Of a DNA stretch of 64,000 nt, positions 14,588 to 28,680 are shown in pieces. Below the pieces are notes generated by a model. It ran no database searches. It was given only the letters and a program-made list of their open reading frames with translations, and was not told the origin of the DNA. Source of the DNA: Octopus bimaculoides (Eukaryota); the NCBI RefSeq assembly GCF_001194135.2, contig NC_068981.1, positions 20,313,284-20,377,283 on the forward strand, read 5' to 3'. Within the stretch, counting starts at the first letter, position 1; every line of letters starts with the position of its first letter. The position numbers and the translations under genes were made by a program.

Positions 14588-17100
14588 AGAATCTACAAAA
14601 GCTATGAGCATCACTCCATCCTCCAGACCAAACCATTTAAAAAAGTATATGTAATGTCCTTTATAAGTCATGACATTCTTAACCTGCGTTATAGACTTAT
14701 TTAGTTAATAATACACCATTTCATGAAGAATGGAAAAAGCAGAGCCAGAGCATACACAAAGATGGAAAGTGTCACTGAAGAGGTCACAGATGTGATGAAA
14801 GATTTGCAGACAATGGACATGAGTTAGAATAAGAACAGTAATAAATAAGTGAAAAACGAATATATAGTGCATGTGTTTATTTGGCAAAAAAAATAATAAT
14901 AAACAATATCTATTTCAACACACAACTTCATATCAGGAATCTTACAACACAAATTCATAAACGTAACCTCATTTCACTTGACTTTATATTGTGGGTTTAT
15001 TTAACTCCTCTGAGATATTAAAGCAAAGATTAACAGCTGAACCTGTATCCTTCTTATCCTTGATTACTTAACTCTACAATATTAAGAACATTTTCTTTTA
15101 AAATAATTTGACCCCCCCCCCCCCCACCAAAGACTTTCAACTATTCTAATACAGTTATATTATCTGTGTCATGATTATATCCAATCTTCTGATAAAAGTA
15201 TTTCTCAGCTTGTCTGAGAATGGTTAAACGAAGCTGATAGCAGCTTAAATTCTACTTAAATTGCTTTGATATATTGTGATATGTCTGACTTGGAAAGGTT
15301 TGTTGACTACTAATTAATTATCTTCCATAATTATCTTCTAGTTATAATTGAAAACTAAATTGGATTTTCTATTAAACAAGTAAAATTTCTTCCTATCAGC
15401 CAGACATCAATGCTGAATGAGGGGAAAATTGCCTGAAATATCTCATGTTCTATTGCTTTTTGAATATCATCTTTACTGTTGTTTTCATTGACTTTCTCCT
15501 CCTTCTCCTCCATCGTCATCGTAGACATCATCATCATTATCATCATCATCATCTGTTAATATGTATCAAAGAAAAACAACTCTTATCAAATAATAATTGC
15601 TTAGTTATGTCTCTTGCACTCTTCCTTCAGTACATTAACAACTACTTGCCGTTACTTCTAACAACAAAAACTCCAGTACAGATTATATTTCTCTCCACCC
15701 CACTTCAACCTTTTACATACATGCAGCCTAGACATGTCACACCAAACATGCACTATCTGCACGATAAATGAAACCTGACAAATATCACCCAACAAGGATA
15801 CAACTAAATCTCTATTTTTCTTGAAAAAGAAACTACAGATACAATCAGTACATATGTCAAAGAAATAGGACACTCTATATGGATGCTTGACTTCTAGAAA
15901 TAACAGCCAAGTCTCCCTTAAATCACATCTTTGTGATCTTAAACCAGAAAGGCATAAGGGATTATGTAAACCCAAATACACCAACTAAAACAGAAGACAG
16001 GATGATCATAGTTGAATTGCTTTTGATAATAGATATTTGGGGCTAGGATTGACATGGAACTTTACAAAAACAACAGCAACAAGAATTCTGTAACTCACCT
16101 CACAATCTCTGACAAATAATCATAATTACCTTGATAATAACTTATATACATGTGTATATATATATATATATATAACACAAGTGTATGTGCATAGGTATAG
16201 CTATGTGGTTAAGGAGCCAACTTCACAACCACACAGTTTCATGTTCGATCCCACTGTGCAGTAACTGAGGCAGTTGTCTTCTACTGTATTGCCCTATACT
16301 GGTGTGTGTGTGTGTGCATGTGTGTCTGTGTATTTTGTAACCACTAGATAACTGGTGTTTACCTGTTTATGTCCTTGTAACTAAGCAGTTTAGGAAAATT
16401 CTAGACATAAGTACTGGAGTTAATTTTATAGACTAAACCCTTCAGTATTTGTACGTGAGGGATTATAGATATGTATGTATATATGTATATGTACATATGG
16501 ATGTGTGTGCTAAATAAATTGATAACTAACATTTAAGTAATGAAAACCATCAGCATCAGGACCAATATTGAAACTAATATTCTTGTGTCTTGTGTGAAAA
16601 TTTATATTTTAGACACTAAACACCAACAGTTAACAATAGTAATCAAAAGAAATCATTAAGGTAAATATTGGTTCAAAAACATTGTGTGGTATTAGTCTTG
16701 CAAGACCATAGATCTACACTTAGAAGAAATTCAGCTTGTATTTGACAGATCAGTGTCTCTTGAAACCCACAGTGATAAACTCATCTATAACTATATTTGG
16801 AGGCACTATCAGCTAGTCATTTTGTTTTTCTATTTTTGCAATGGAGGCACTTTTCTTCACCAACAAACATCAGCTTAGTGAAAACAATTGCTTGCAATGG
16901 ACCTCCCACCTATTGGATATTCATATTCAGTGGAGTTGGATGCCCTTCCTATCAGCAACCCTCACTTGTTTCCAAGCAAGGTAGTATTTCCCCATGATTG
17001 GGTATGTTTTCACAGAAGATTGGGAACAAACGACACCATGTATGTGATGGGAATACTTACAACTATTAAGTGTTGTAAAGATATGACTGCAGAAGCATAT

Positions 17101-17219
<119 letters not shown>

Positions 17220-18741
17220 GAATAAGCTTCTTAAATTTCCATCTACCAAATTCACTCACAAAGCTTTGTTAGCCCAGGGTTATAGTGGGACTAAACCTGA
17301 AACCATATGGATGGGAATCAATGTCAAGTAATGTTAATAGGATTGTTTAGTGTTTACAATTACAATGTGTTTTCAATTAATTTGATCTTCAACTTACATC
17401 AAGTGTCTTATTCTTGGATGTGAACATAATAACAGATTTGAACTAGAAGACATTATTATTAAAATACAGGTAATACCATTCTAATAAACTAAGTCACTGA
17501 TATAGATACCTAGTTCAAATCCAGTTAGGCACAGCATAAAGATCCAAGAATAAAACAAATGATGATGATTGGAGATCAAAATGATCAAAACATAGTGTCA
17601 ATGTAAATATTAATTTGCTACAAGTACAAGGTCACAAATTTAATGTAGGTTGCAGTGTATTGTCAATTAAATTGACCCAACACTTGACTAATACTGTTTT
17701 CTTGACCCCTGAAGGAGGAAAGTCAAACAGAGATAATGGAAGAACAAAAAGTTCATCTCCAAAGACAAGGTTAATAGTCAGAAAAATTCTAATCATATTA
17801 ACAATAACTGATCTCAGACATTTAGACATTTAATCAAATAATATTAGTTTGCTGCAAGAGGAAAAAAAATATTTTGAGCTAAAACTTCATTGAATGGTTG
17901 CTATAGACTTGTAAACAACAGTTTGAAACTGGTAAAAATAAACTGTGACTCACTGATAGGAAGTTAACCATACATCTTCTACTTGCATGATAAATGAATT
18001 ATCATGTATGGCAAATGTTGTCATTGTTACTGTTATTGTTGTTGCTGTTTGGTGTCTGATAAACCTTGATCAATCAGACCTAGGATCAAAGGAATTCCAG
18101 TTATGACCATCCTGCCTGTTTAATGCAATCTTGACCTACTTTATCTAACATGTGTTTTCCTATTTTAATACAGTAAGGCATGATTTAAGGGAGATTTGAT
18201 TACTATTTCTAGGAGCCACATGACTATAAAGCCAGCCATTCCATCAATGTTTCAACCACATTTAACCGGTGACTTTTGTGTTGCAAATTAAATTACAAAT
18301 ATCAAACTACAGTGCTTTTGAGTATTTACCTCAACACCTACATCCACAAATTTCACCCTGAAAAATTTTGTCTCACTCTGCTTAAGTTGCTGAGTAAATT
18401 ACAAATGAAACATGTGAGGATTTGTATTGAGACAAATGTTACTACCGATAATTTTTTAATAGTTTATTGCACAAACAGTGTAGTAGATAAGACATTTGTC
18501 TTTAAGCAAAAGCTGCTTCATTCTTCAATTGAGTTGTTTACAAATGCTTGCCATTTAATATTGCATTTCTTAAAACCTTTGCTAATAACTTACTTTATAC
18601 ATATATGAACTCAATACATTTGTGTGTGTGCCTCATTCATTTTACATCCTTTTTTCCAACATATACATATATATGTATATATATATATATATATTGGAAG
18701 GTTTGGAGGTGATGTACAGGAATTATATTATAGAAAAAAAT

Positions 18742-18907
18742 TAAGGTACTCAGAAATCTGGATGGTTGTACATTTACAGATTTTTATTAATATGTCACAT
18801 GCTTTTATAAATTAACGCTTACATCTATTCTTAAGCACTAATTTATAAAAACGTGACATTAATAAAAATCTGTAAATGTACAACCATCCAGATATCTGAG
18901 TACCTTA
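18742..18907. repeat. Near-perfect fold-back (about 80-bp arms, 10-nt loop); MITE-like
   Basis: 18742-18821 is the reverse complement of 18832-18907. The outer 50 bp match at 49/50. Confidence 0.95.
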
Positions 18908-19187
18908 TTATTTTTTCTAATACATATCATCATCATCATCATCGTTTAACATCTGCTTTCCATGCTAGCATGGGTTGGACGATTTGATTGAGGACTGGTG
19001 AACCAGATGGCAGCACCAGGTTCCAATCTGATTTGGCAGAGTTTCTACAGCCAGATGCCCTTCCTAATGCCAACCACTCCGAGAGTGTAGTGGGTGCTTT
19101 TATATGCCACCGGCATATAAAACACACCAACATCAGTTGTCAAGTGATGGTGGGGTACAAACACAGGCACACAAACATATACATATA

Positions 19188-19246
<59 letters not shown>

Positions 19247-19477
19247 ACAGGCTTCTTTCAGTTTCAGTCTACTTAATCCACTCACGAGGCTTTGGTTGGC
19301 CCAAAGCTATAGTAGCGGACACTTGGCCAAAGTGCTACGCAGTGGGACTGAACCCAGAACCATGTGGTTGGTAACCAAGCTACTTACCACACAGCCACTC
19401 CAGCCCATATGTTGAGAAATTTTTCATCCCATTTCTCAATTCAAAGAAAAAATTTTTAAAAAGACACACAATATAAT

Positions 19478-19902
19478 ATGGCTGTGGTTGAGAAGCTTGA
19501 CTCCATATGCAGTCCCTCTGAGTGGCACTTTGAGCAAATGTCTTTTACTATAACTCCTGATCCAACTAAAGCCTTGTGAAAGGGGTTGGTAGATGGAAAC
19601 TGAAATAAGTTTGTTGTCTATGTATGTGTGTGTATATGTATATTTCTGTGTGCTGTGCATAAGTTGATGTCTCCTTGTCTTTGTACTGCTTCATTGTTGT
19701 AAATGAGTATCACTGTCATACAAGCAAGGTCTTTCATTTCTAATCTTCCATGGAAACAAATGCAGTCATGGGGAAATATTACCTTACTTTGAAGTTGCTG
19801 AGGGTTGGCAGCAGGAAGAGCATTCAACCATAGAAAATCTGCCTCATCAAATTTTGCCTGAACCATGTGACTGTGGAAAAGTTGACATTAAATGATAATG
19901 AT

Positions 19903-19905
<3 letters not shown>
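19478..19905 (+). mobile_element. Composite SINE, head B + body E with RTE-like (GAT)n tail
   Basis: Head B followed by ...gggttggcagcaggaagagcatt...gacattaaatgataatgatg. Other B+E copies at about 10340-10672 (-), 16880-17330 (-), 38863-39260 (+) and 52805-53182 (-). Confidence 0.75.
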
Positions 19906-19940
<35 letters not shown>

Positions 19941-20321
19941 TNNNNNNNNNNTATATATATATATCATCATCATCATCATCGTTTAACGTCTGCTTTCCAT
20001 GCTAGCATGGGTTGGACGATTTGACTGAGAACTGGTGAAATCAGATGGCTACACCAGGCTCCAATCTGATTTCGTAGAGTTTCTACAGCTGGATGCCCTT
20101 CCTATCACCAACCACTCCGAGGGTGTAGTGGGTGCTTTTTACATGCCACCGGCACAAAGGCCAGTTAGGCGGTACTGGCAACGGCCACGCTCAAAATGGT
20201 GCATTTTACGTGCCACCTGCACAGGAGCCAGTCCAGCGGCACTGGCAACGACCTCGCTCAAGGTCATGTATAGATAGATAGATGTACCCAAAGATTTTCA
20301 GGTTATTAACCTAGATGTACA

Positions 20322-20500
20322 ATGTCAGTGTACATGTGCATCATAACACTAGTGTATTGAGAAGAAAGTTAGGCTTAAGAGAAATTAGATGCTGTGTGCA
20401 ATAGAGAAGACTGCACTGGTTTGTTCATGTTGTATGAATGAATGGACAATAGCATAAAGAAGTGCTGGTAACCTAAAGTGGAAGGAGCTAAAGTGCCATA
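20322..20500 (+). mobile_element. Decayed RTE LINE C-terminal fragment
   Basis: Translates to VSVHVHHNTSVLRRKLGLREIRCCVQ*RRLHWFVHV, homologous to the 4745-5400 remnant. Confidence 0.7.
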
Positions 20501-22330
20501 TAAAAAGCACAAGTGCTGGTACCATGTAAAAATCATGAAAAGCAACCAGTATACTTTGTAAAGTGGTTGGCATTAGGAAAGGCATCCAGCCTTAGAAACC
20601 ATACCCAAACAGACAAAGGAGCCTGTCAAACCATCCAACACATGCCAGCAAGGAAAACAGACATTAAATGATTGTGATGATGAACCTCATAGTTAGCAGT
20701 GAAAGGTTTTAAAATACACATCTACACTACATTTTGATCAATTTGATCTCAATCAAAATAGTGTATCTTGGACATGTACATTTGCAATCTGGAAATTGAT
20801 ATATAATTTGTCTATTCTGGACTTACCCTAATAATATGTCTATTTGGCCCCTACAATTCCGCAATGTTTGCAAGCTTGCATATACCACCATGTAGAGTGT
20901 AACAGATGCAGTAAATTTTATCACAGCAGAGCCATCTGCCAGCTACAAATTTGCATAAAAGAATACATGCATACAAACACCTCATTGATTAATCAACACC
21001 TCCAAAAAAGTGCTGTAACACACTATCACAGTCTCCATCAAAGCCAAAGAACAGAACATCAAGAATCTGAGAATCAAGGAGACCATTCTCATTAAGTAGT
21101 TGAAAACCACCCTTAACCAACAGGAACTGCATGAGGCTAATTAGTTAGTATAATAATAATACCAATCTGCACTTGTTGCAACACTACTCCAACCCAACCT
21201 ATCTATGCATGCTGGAAGAATGTTGCACCCACTTCCATTCTTATAAGAGCTTGGTGTTGATGAAATATTGAAAGAAATAATGTAAAAGTGTAAAACTTTC
21301 AGTTATATTTTACTTCTTTATATTTGAATCATACTGTTGTGGCTTTCTCAGTCAAATTTTACACACATAAACATACGCATGTTTACAGAAGATATGAGTT
21401 CTTGTCCCACAGACAGCTTTTGACTTTTCCCATCCAAGGGGTTTTTTGTTTTGTTTTGTCTTTTGCCCAATATATATATTGTTAATTATGTTAATTGTAA
21501 CTTTATCTACTTTGAGGTCTACCATTAAAAAGCAATTTACTCTAAGCCTCTTACGTCATAAACAACCCTTATCATATGCATTAAACCTGCCATTTGTTCT
21601 CACCCCCAGCTCCTGCAGACACCCCAACCATGTCGTCTCTCTCTTGTCCTCTCCCTGACAACAGTATTATCTTTTCTACTCCTGTTGCTTACTACCCTAC
21701 TGCTCTCTTCTGCATCCCTCTCTCTCTCCTAACTCATGGATTTTTGTTGGTCCACCTTTCAACCCTACCCATTTTAGCAGCCTCCATCACTCATTCTCCT
21801 TCTTATACAATCTTGCAGACTGATTCTTCAAATTAACCTGTACCTTGTGGGATCATCTAGGCACCTTATCACATTATTTATCTCTTGCAGCTCCTACAAT
21901 TCATTTTCTCATTCTATCCTTTTGTTCTACTAGATGTGAGTAGTCAAGCAAATCCTCTACAAGAATCTGCAAAGCCCTTTCCCTCTTGTAGTTCGATTCC
22001 TTTGTCCCCAGCATGAAGCTGACACCTGCTCAGGGCTTATAGTTCTGTGAGCTACACGGTGACCACTGTTGTGCAAGTGGTACAAGAAAAGTACCCAGTC
22101 CATTCTGTAAAATGGTTGGTATTAGGAAGGGAATCCAGCCATAGAAACCATGCCAAACAGACTTGGGAGCATGATGTTGTCCTTGGACACATTGGATCCT
22201 GTCAGATCATCCAACCCATGCCAGTATGGAACACAGACATGAAAATGATGATGATGATATATGCATGTACACATACACACGCACATGTATGTATGAGTAT
22301 ACACATACACATATACTATATATTTGTATA

Positions 22331-22725
22331 GGTGCAGGAGTGGCTGTGTGGTAAGTAGCTTGCTTACCAACCACATGGTTCCAGGTTCAGTCCCACTGCG
22401 CGACACCTTGGGCAAGTGTCTTCTACTATAGCCTCGGGCCGACCAAAGCCTTGTGAGTGGATTTGGTAGACGGAAACTGAAAAAAGCCTGTCGTATATGT
22501 GTATATGTATGTGTATATGTGTGTTTGTGTGTCTGTGTTTGTCCCCCCAACATCGCTTGACAATCGATGGTGGTGTGTTTACGTCCCCGTAACTTAGCGG
22601 TTCGGCAAAAGAGACCAATAGAATAAGTACTAGGCTTACAAAGAAAAAGTCCTGGGGTCGATTTTCTCGACTAAAGGCAGTGCTCCAGCATGGCCGCAGT
22701 CAAATGACTGAAACAAGTAAAAGAG
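22331..22725 (+). mobile_element. tRNA-derived SINE, head B + (TA/TG)n + tail F
   Basis: A box TGGCTGTGTGG, B box GGTTCAGTCCC. Ends gactgaaacaagtaaaagag. Near-identical to 32374-32768 (-) and 43874-44334 (+). Confidence 0.9.
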
Positions 22726-25394
22726 TATATGTCAATGTGTAGATGTGTAAAGACAGAAAGGCTAACATACAGAAAGACTGATTGATAAGCATTATTTATA
22801 TCTTTTAAAACTTAAACTGTGCAAATGCATACAAATACACTCCAACATGCACATTCAGTAGGACAGCATACCTAATGATTTAGGATCCATTTCCAGGTTT
22901 GTCAAAAAGAACAAAAAAAAACAATAACAATCATCACAAGATGTTGTTTTCAATGATTTTATTTGCTTTAATGGTGATTAGAGGATGCGTTTATGTACTC
23001 AGTTAGGGACTGCATTAGTAAATGAAGGGAGCTGTGTTTTTGAAAGGACCAAAAGCTGTAATGTTTGCCAGATATTTTAATGCATGAGAATGACTAGATA
23101 CTGTCATGTTTGTGAGATATGATAAAACATGACAAAAAGTTCATTAGTTCAGCAGAATATAATCTATGTTATTTGCTGATTAACTGCAGCTCTGGCTTAA
23201 ATGGCGTTGAGCTTTTAATTAGATTAACATGATGACATGGTTGTAATTACTAAAGGACATGGCATTCATTAGTATATCAATGAGATGGATCCGTGTTCAT
23301 TTGCTGTTCTTTGACATGCAGCTTTAATTTGTAGCTATGTGTTTGTTGTGAAATCGTTATTTGTCTATTTTCTTATTTGGTTTTTCTCAACCTTTGCTTT
23401 ATTTCATCATCATTCTCATCACCATCATCATTATCATCATCATCATCATCATCGTTATTATTATTATTATTATTACTATTATTATTATAAAAATGTTTGC
23501 TGGAAGAATTTTCTCTGCATTATTTTATGGGAGAGGTCAGGTTTAATGGCTGCTATACATCTTACAAGATATTTTTTGCTGTGGAGATGACATGCAGCTA
23601 ATGTAATATTTCATTATCACAAGCGAATATTTATATGCAGAAGAAAGGACAAGAATAATGAACATAACTTACCTAACTATATTAAAATATAACAATAAGA
23701 GATGAAAGTTGACTCGTCTACATTACATTCTAAACAGATTTTTTTTTTTCCTTTCAGTGAGCTGAATTGTTTTTAATTCAGTTCTCTGGTCAATAAAAAA
23801 TACTGCAATAACTAGACATTATGACTTTTGTGACTCCATTGCATTTAGTTTAAATTACATTAATATAAATATATATATATACCCATGCCAGCATGGAAAG
23901 CAGACGTTAAAAGTTGATATATATATATAAGTCCAGACATGACTACATGGTTAAGAAGTTTACCTCACAACCACATGATTTCTAGTTCAGACCCCCTACA
24001 CAACATCTTGAATAAGTGTCTTTTACAGTAGGCTGAGGCAAAACAATGTCTTAAAGCAAATTTGGTCAATGGAAACCATATGAATACCTTTGTATGTGTG
24101 TATATGTGTGTGTGTATTGTTTTGTTTCATTAGTCTTACATCTGCTTTTTTCATGTTGGCATGAGTTGGGTAAGATTTGTTGAGGCAGGATTTTATGGCT
24201 AGATTCTCTTCTTGTTTTCAAATAATGCTATTCCCCTGGTGTTTTAAACCACAGCCTTTGTTCAATACCTAGACATAATTTTAACTGCAGATTTAAATAG
24301 CGACACTGCCACTTTTATGCAGCTCATGTGAAGATATAACTGGGAAGATGTACATATTTATGTGTGTGTGTGTGTGTGTGGAGAGAGAGGGAGAGAAATA
24401 TACCTATGTGCATACACACACATGCGACTGAGTTCCTATACAGTTTCCAACTATCAAATTTCACTCGCAACGTATTGGTCAACATTGTGACTATGGCAGA
24501 ATTTTGCCCCAAGATGGTGTATAAGGAAATTCAATTCTTGAACCATGTGGCTGCACAGGGAACTTTTGAACCATACAGCCATACCTGTTGAACATTACAG
24601 GAAGCTGAGGATGAAAACATGTTGAGATGTAGGGGAAGTAAGATACAAGATATATCAGGTGATATATGTATGTAATGTAGTGTGTGTGTATGTGTGTGTG
24701 TGCACATGTGCATGCATGCACACTCACTGAGATAGGTTCCAGTAAGAAATCTGTCTTAATTAACAGGGGTAAAGGTTGTGTATGTGTCGGTATATGTCAG
24801 TAAATCAGTGATAAGGGTTTCAGTCCCATCACTGTCAGACAATTTCATACATTTTACAGTAAACACAATCATTGTACACATTTTATACCATTTAACATGA
24901 TGCATATTGCTAAAACAGACATACACACACTTCAGATTATATGACAAGACACATTACTGATACAATTTACATCACTACAAACACAGCAATTACACATACA
25001 CACAGAGACATCTCATGCATACATTATATCACATAACAATACTGGAATTACACATATATATATCAAATAACCACGTATACACATCACACATTCACATATA
25101 AACACTTTACATCACTCTCGGGGTGGTAATTACACACACACACACTTACACTTACATACCCACATATAATCGTACATACACACACACACATGAAAGTTAT
25201 TACTTAGGTACATATGCATTTAACATCACATCAAAAAATAGCATTTGTACTCAAGCACTTTTACATCATACCTGCAAACAACACATATGTACATGTACAT
25301 ATACGCACATACACTCAATTACATCACAAAATGACCACAAAACATTTGCACTCGCTTTACATCTTATAAAAAAAATCATTGCCTATACACACAG

Positions 25395-25433
<39 letters not shown>

Positions 25434-27150
25434 CCTTTAGTGAACTATTACACACATATACACCCCCACGCACAATTACTTTACATACTCCTCTAGATCA
25501 CAAACGAGACTGCTAGTGTATACTTCTGATATCTTTCCATTGAAATTGCAAGTCATAATCTAATATTATTGGTGCCATTCTATTAGAATTTTTGCCCCTT
25601 CAAGTGTAGTTCTAGATATGCAGTGCCCAAGAGAAGGATGGGTTTTAATAGTTATGATTGGAAAGCATTGATCAATCATCTACTGGGGCAGACTGACCTG
25701 TGTGTTAAACAATAATAGGATTAAAAACTGAAAGCAAAATTATCTTCTCAAAATTATTAGAGTTCATTCTCTTCATTATAATAAGTGTAAGGTGGTGAGC
25801 TGGCAGAATCGTTAGCACACTGCGCAAAATGCTGAGTAGCATTTTGTCTGTCTTTACATTCTGAGTTCAAATTCTGCTGAGGTTGACTTTGTCTTTCATC
25901 CTTCCTGGGTCGATAAAATAAGTACCAGTTGAGTACTGAGGTCAATGTAATTGACTTGCCCCTTCCCCAGAATTGTTGGCCTTGTGCCAAAATTTGAAAT
26001 CCTTATTATAATAGATGTAATTTGTGCTTTTAAATAGGTTCTCTTGATTACTCTTTTGCCTTTTTTTCTTACGTCTGATGTCTGATTTTATTCAACAAGT
26101 AAATCTTTGGTTCACCAAAACCTTGTGAGGGAAATTTGGTTGACAGAAACTGTGTGGAATCCTCCTGCTATCACCACTTGGACCTTGGTTGCCTTTAGTG
26201 GAGTCCACTTTGTTGTAACTATTTGAATCATGTCCCTGGTCAAAGGATAACTTCTTCTATCAGTCACAAAAGCTTGAAAAGAGTCATAGGTACTTCTCTC
26301 TTTGTCTATGCTAATACATGTACGTGTGTGTGCTTCATATTTACCTTTCAACAGCAATTTGACCATGCTAAACTATAACTTTTCACAAATCATATCAATA
26401 AAGTTATATCTAAGTCTGTAAGTAACTTCACCTAAGATCAGATATGATCTATCAATGAGCTACTCATAAGGCCTTGGTTGGCCCAAAGACTACATAGCAG
26501 AAGCTATTTGCCCTATGTGCCATGCAGTGACATTGAACCCAACATAGTATGGTTGGGAAGCAAATTCCTTAACAATGCAGTTATAACTGCACCTACACAC
26601 ACACATGGCCTGATGTAGAATCTTGTGTGATTGCTTAATATGCTAGAAATAGCAGCCAGATCTCCAAATCATATGATGCTGTCTTAAAAAAAAAGGAAGG
26701 ACACTTTGCACAGCTTAGTTCTAGATTATACTATGCTTGAAAATAAGCTTGGATGATAACAGCTGGAATATGTTTGTTCGTATATCAAGTGGATAAGGCC
26801 TAATCTGCAGCTAAACAAAAATAACAAGGAAGAGAGCACATTAGATAATATAATTCTAAATACATCGTTTGAATAAAAGATGAGATATTTTCAGCTGAAA
26901 CACCTTTGATCATGCGACTGTTGGATTGGGACTGACCGGAGGTCAAGCAACAGCAATAACAACAACAGCAAGAAGAAAGCTCACATTAACTAACCTCGTC
27001 CTATACACATTACAACTGAATAAAAGAATGGATGGTTGTGGTTGGAATAACTCTGACAATAGGTTTGCTGAATGGGCGACTGATTTGGAGCTGAATAAAA
27101 ACAACAGGAGCAAAAGTCACATTTGTATATGATGTTATTATAGTATATAG

Positions 27151-27571
27151 TAGAGGCGCAATGGCCCAGTGGTTAGGGCAGCGGACTCACGGTCATAGGA
27201 TCGTGGTTTCGATTCCCAGACCGGGCATTGTGAGTGTTTATTGAGCGAAAACACCTAAAGCTCCATGAGGCTCCAGCAGGGGGATGGTGGCGAACCCTGC
27301 TGTACTCTTTCACCACAACTTTCTCTCACTCTTACTTCCTGTTTCTGTTGTGCCTGTAATTCAAAGGGTCAGCCTTGTTACACTGTGTCACACTGTGTCA
27401 CACTGTGTCACACTGTGTCACACTGAATATCCCCGAGAACTACGTTAAGGGTACACGTGTCTGTGGAGTGCTCAGCCACTTGCACGTTAATTTCACAAGC
27501 AGGCTGTTCCGTTGATCGGATCAACTGGAACCCTCTACGTCGTAAGCGACGGAGTGCCAACAACAACAACA
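27151..27571 (+). mobile_element. tRNA-derived SINE, family A, full length with TSD
   Basis: A box TGGCCCAGTGG, B-box-like GTTTCGATTCC, (CAA)n tail. TSD tatagtatatag at 27139-27150 and 27572-27583. Confidence 0.9.
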
Positions 27572-27919
27572 TATAGTATATAGAAGGAGCTATGTCTGAA
27601 TAAAAGATGGGATGGTCACAGTTGGAATGTCTTTGATCAGAGCTCTAATGGATCTGTGTTGAGACCTGTGGTTAAACAACTACAACAACACCTACTACTA
27701 CTACAACAAATGTGTTAAGCACTCAGCCACTGTTATATTACAATGTTGAATGAAATCCCAGAATACCATTATGTGGTGCCATACTCTTTGATTTCCATTA
27801 CAAGGTAAACAATTGAGATTTCCTCATCACGAAAGCAGGTTCTCTGGAATTAATTCTAAAACACTTTCGCTTTTACTTCTCACTTGTTTGCAGCTAGAAT
27901 TGTTATATTGCAAAATGGG

Positions 27920-28680
27920 TGTGTCTTTGTGTGTGTACATGTGTCTGTGGGCAGTTTTGTGGTTATGTGTATTATGTGGTTGTGCATTGATTTATGTATG
28001 TGTGTGATTCTGAGCTTGTGTAGTGTGTTCTTGTGAAGGGGGGTTGTGCATGTGTGTGTGTATGGTTGTGTGCACACATTTATGTAATTGTATGTGTAAC
28101 TGTTTATGTGCATGTGTGTACATGCGTGTAATTGAATGCGTATGTAGTTGTGTATTTAGTAAGGTGTGTATAGAGAGTTGAGTGTGTATGTGGTAATGTA
28201 TGTGTGCCTTTGTTTGATTGTGCATATTTGAGTTGTGTGTGTGTGTTTGTGTGTAGTAGTTGCGTGTGCATGTGTTTATATGTGAGGGGGTTGTATGTAT
28301 GTGATTGTGTGTGATTGCATGTGTGTGTGAGTGTGTATGGTTGTGTTTCTGTGTATGTGATTATGCATATGTAGTTCTGTGTATGTGTGAGCAGGTTTTT
28401 TTTAGTGTTTATGTATCTGTGCTTTCTGTCAGTGTTCATGTGTATTTCATTGTTTTGTCTATGTTCATGTGTGTGTGAATGTCTCTATGCTCTGTTCGTG
28501 TTCATATGTATGTTCTGTTGGTGCTCTTATGTGTGTGTGTGTTTATGTGTCTTGCTAATTCTCATATGCATATGCGTTCTTGAATGTAAGTCTGTATGTG
28601 TGTATGTCTACGTGCTCTGTAAGTGTTCATATTGTATGTGTATTCTGTCAGTGTTCATGTATGTGTGTCACAATAAAATC
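27920..28680. repeat. Long degenerate (TG)-rich tract
   Basis: Read directly; the source of the His/Thr-rich and Cys/Val-rich spurious ORFs. Confidence 0.9.

Noticed and set aside
27155-27225. tRNA-like sequences at the SINE heads
   Set aside because: They have A/B boxes but no complete cloverleaf, and they continue into repeat bodies with TSDs, so they are SINEs rather than tRNA genes.
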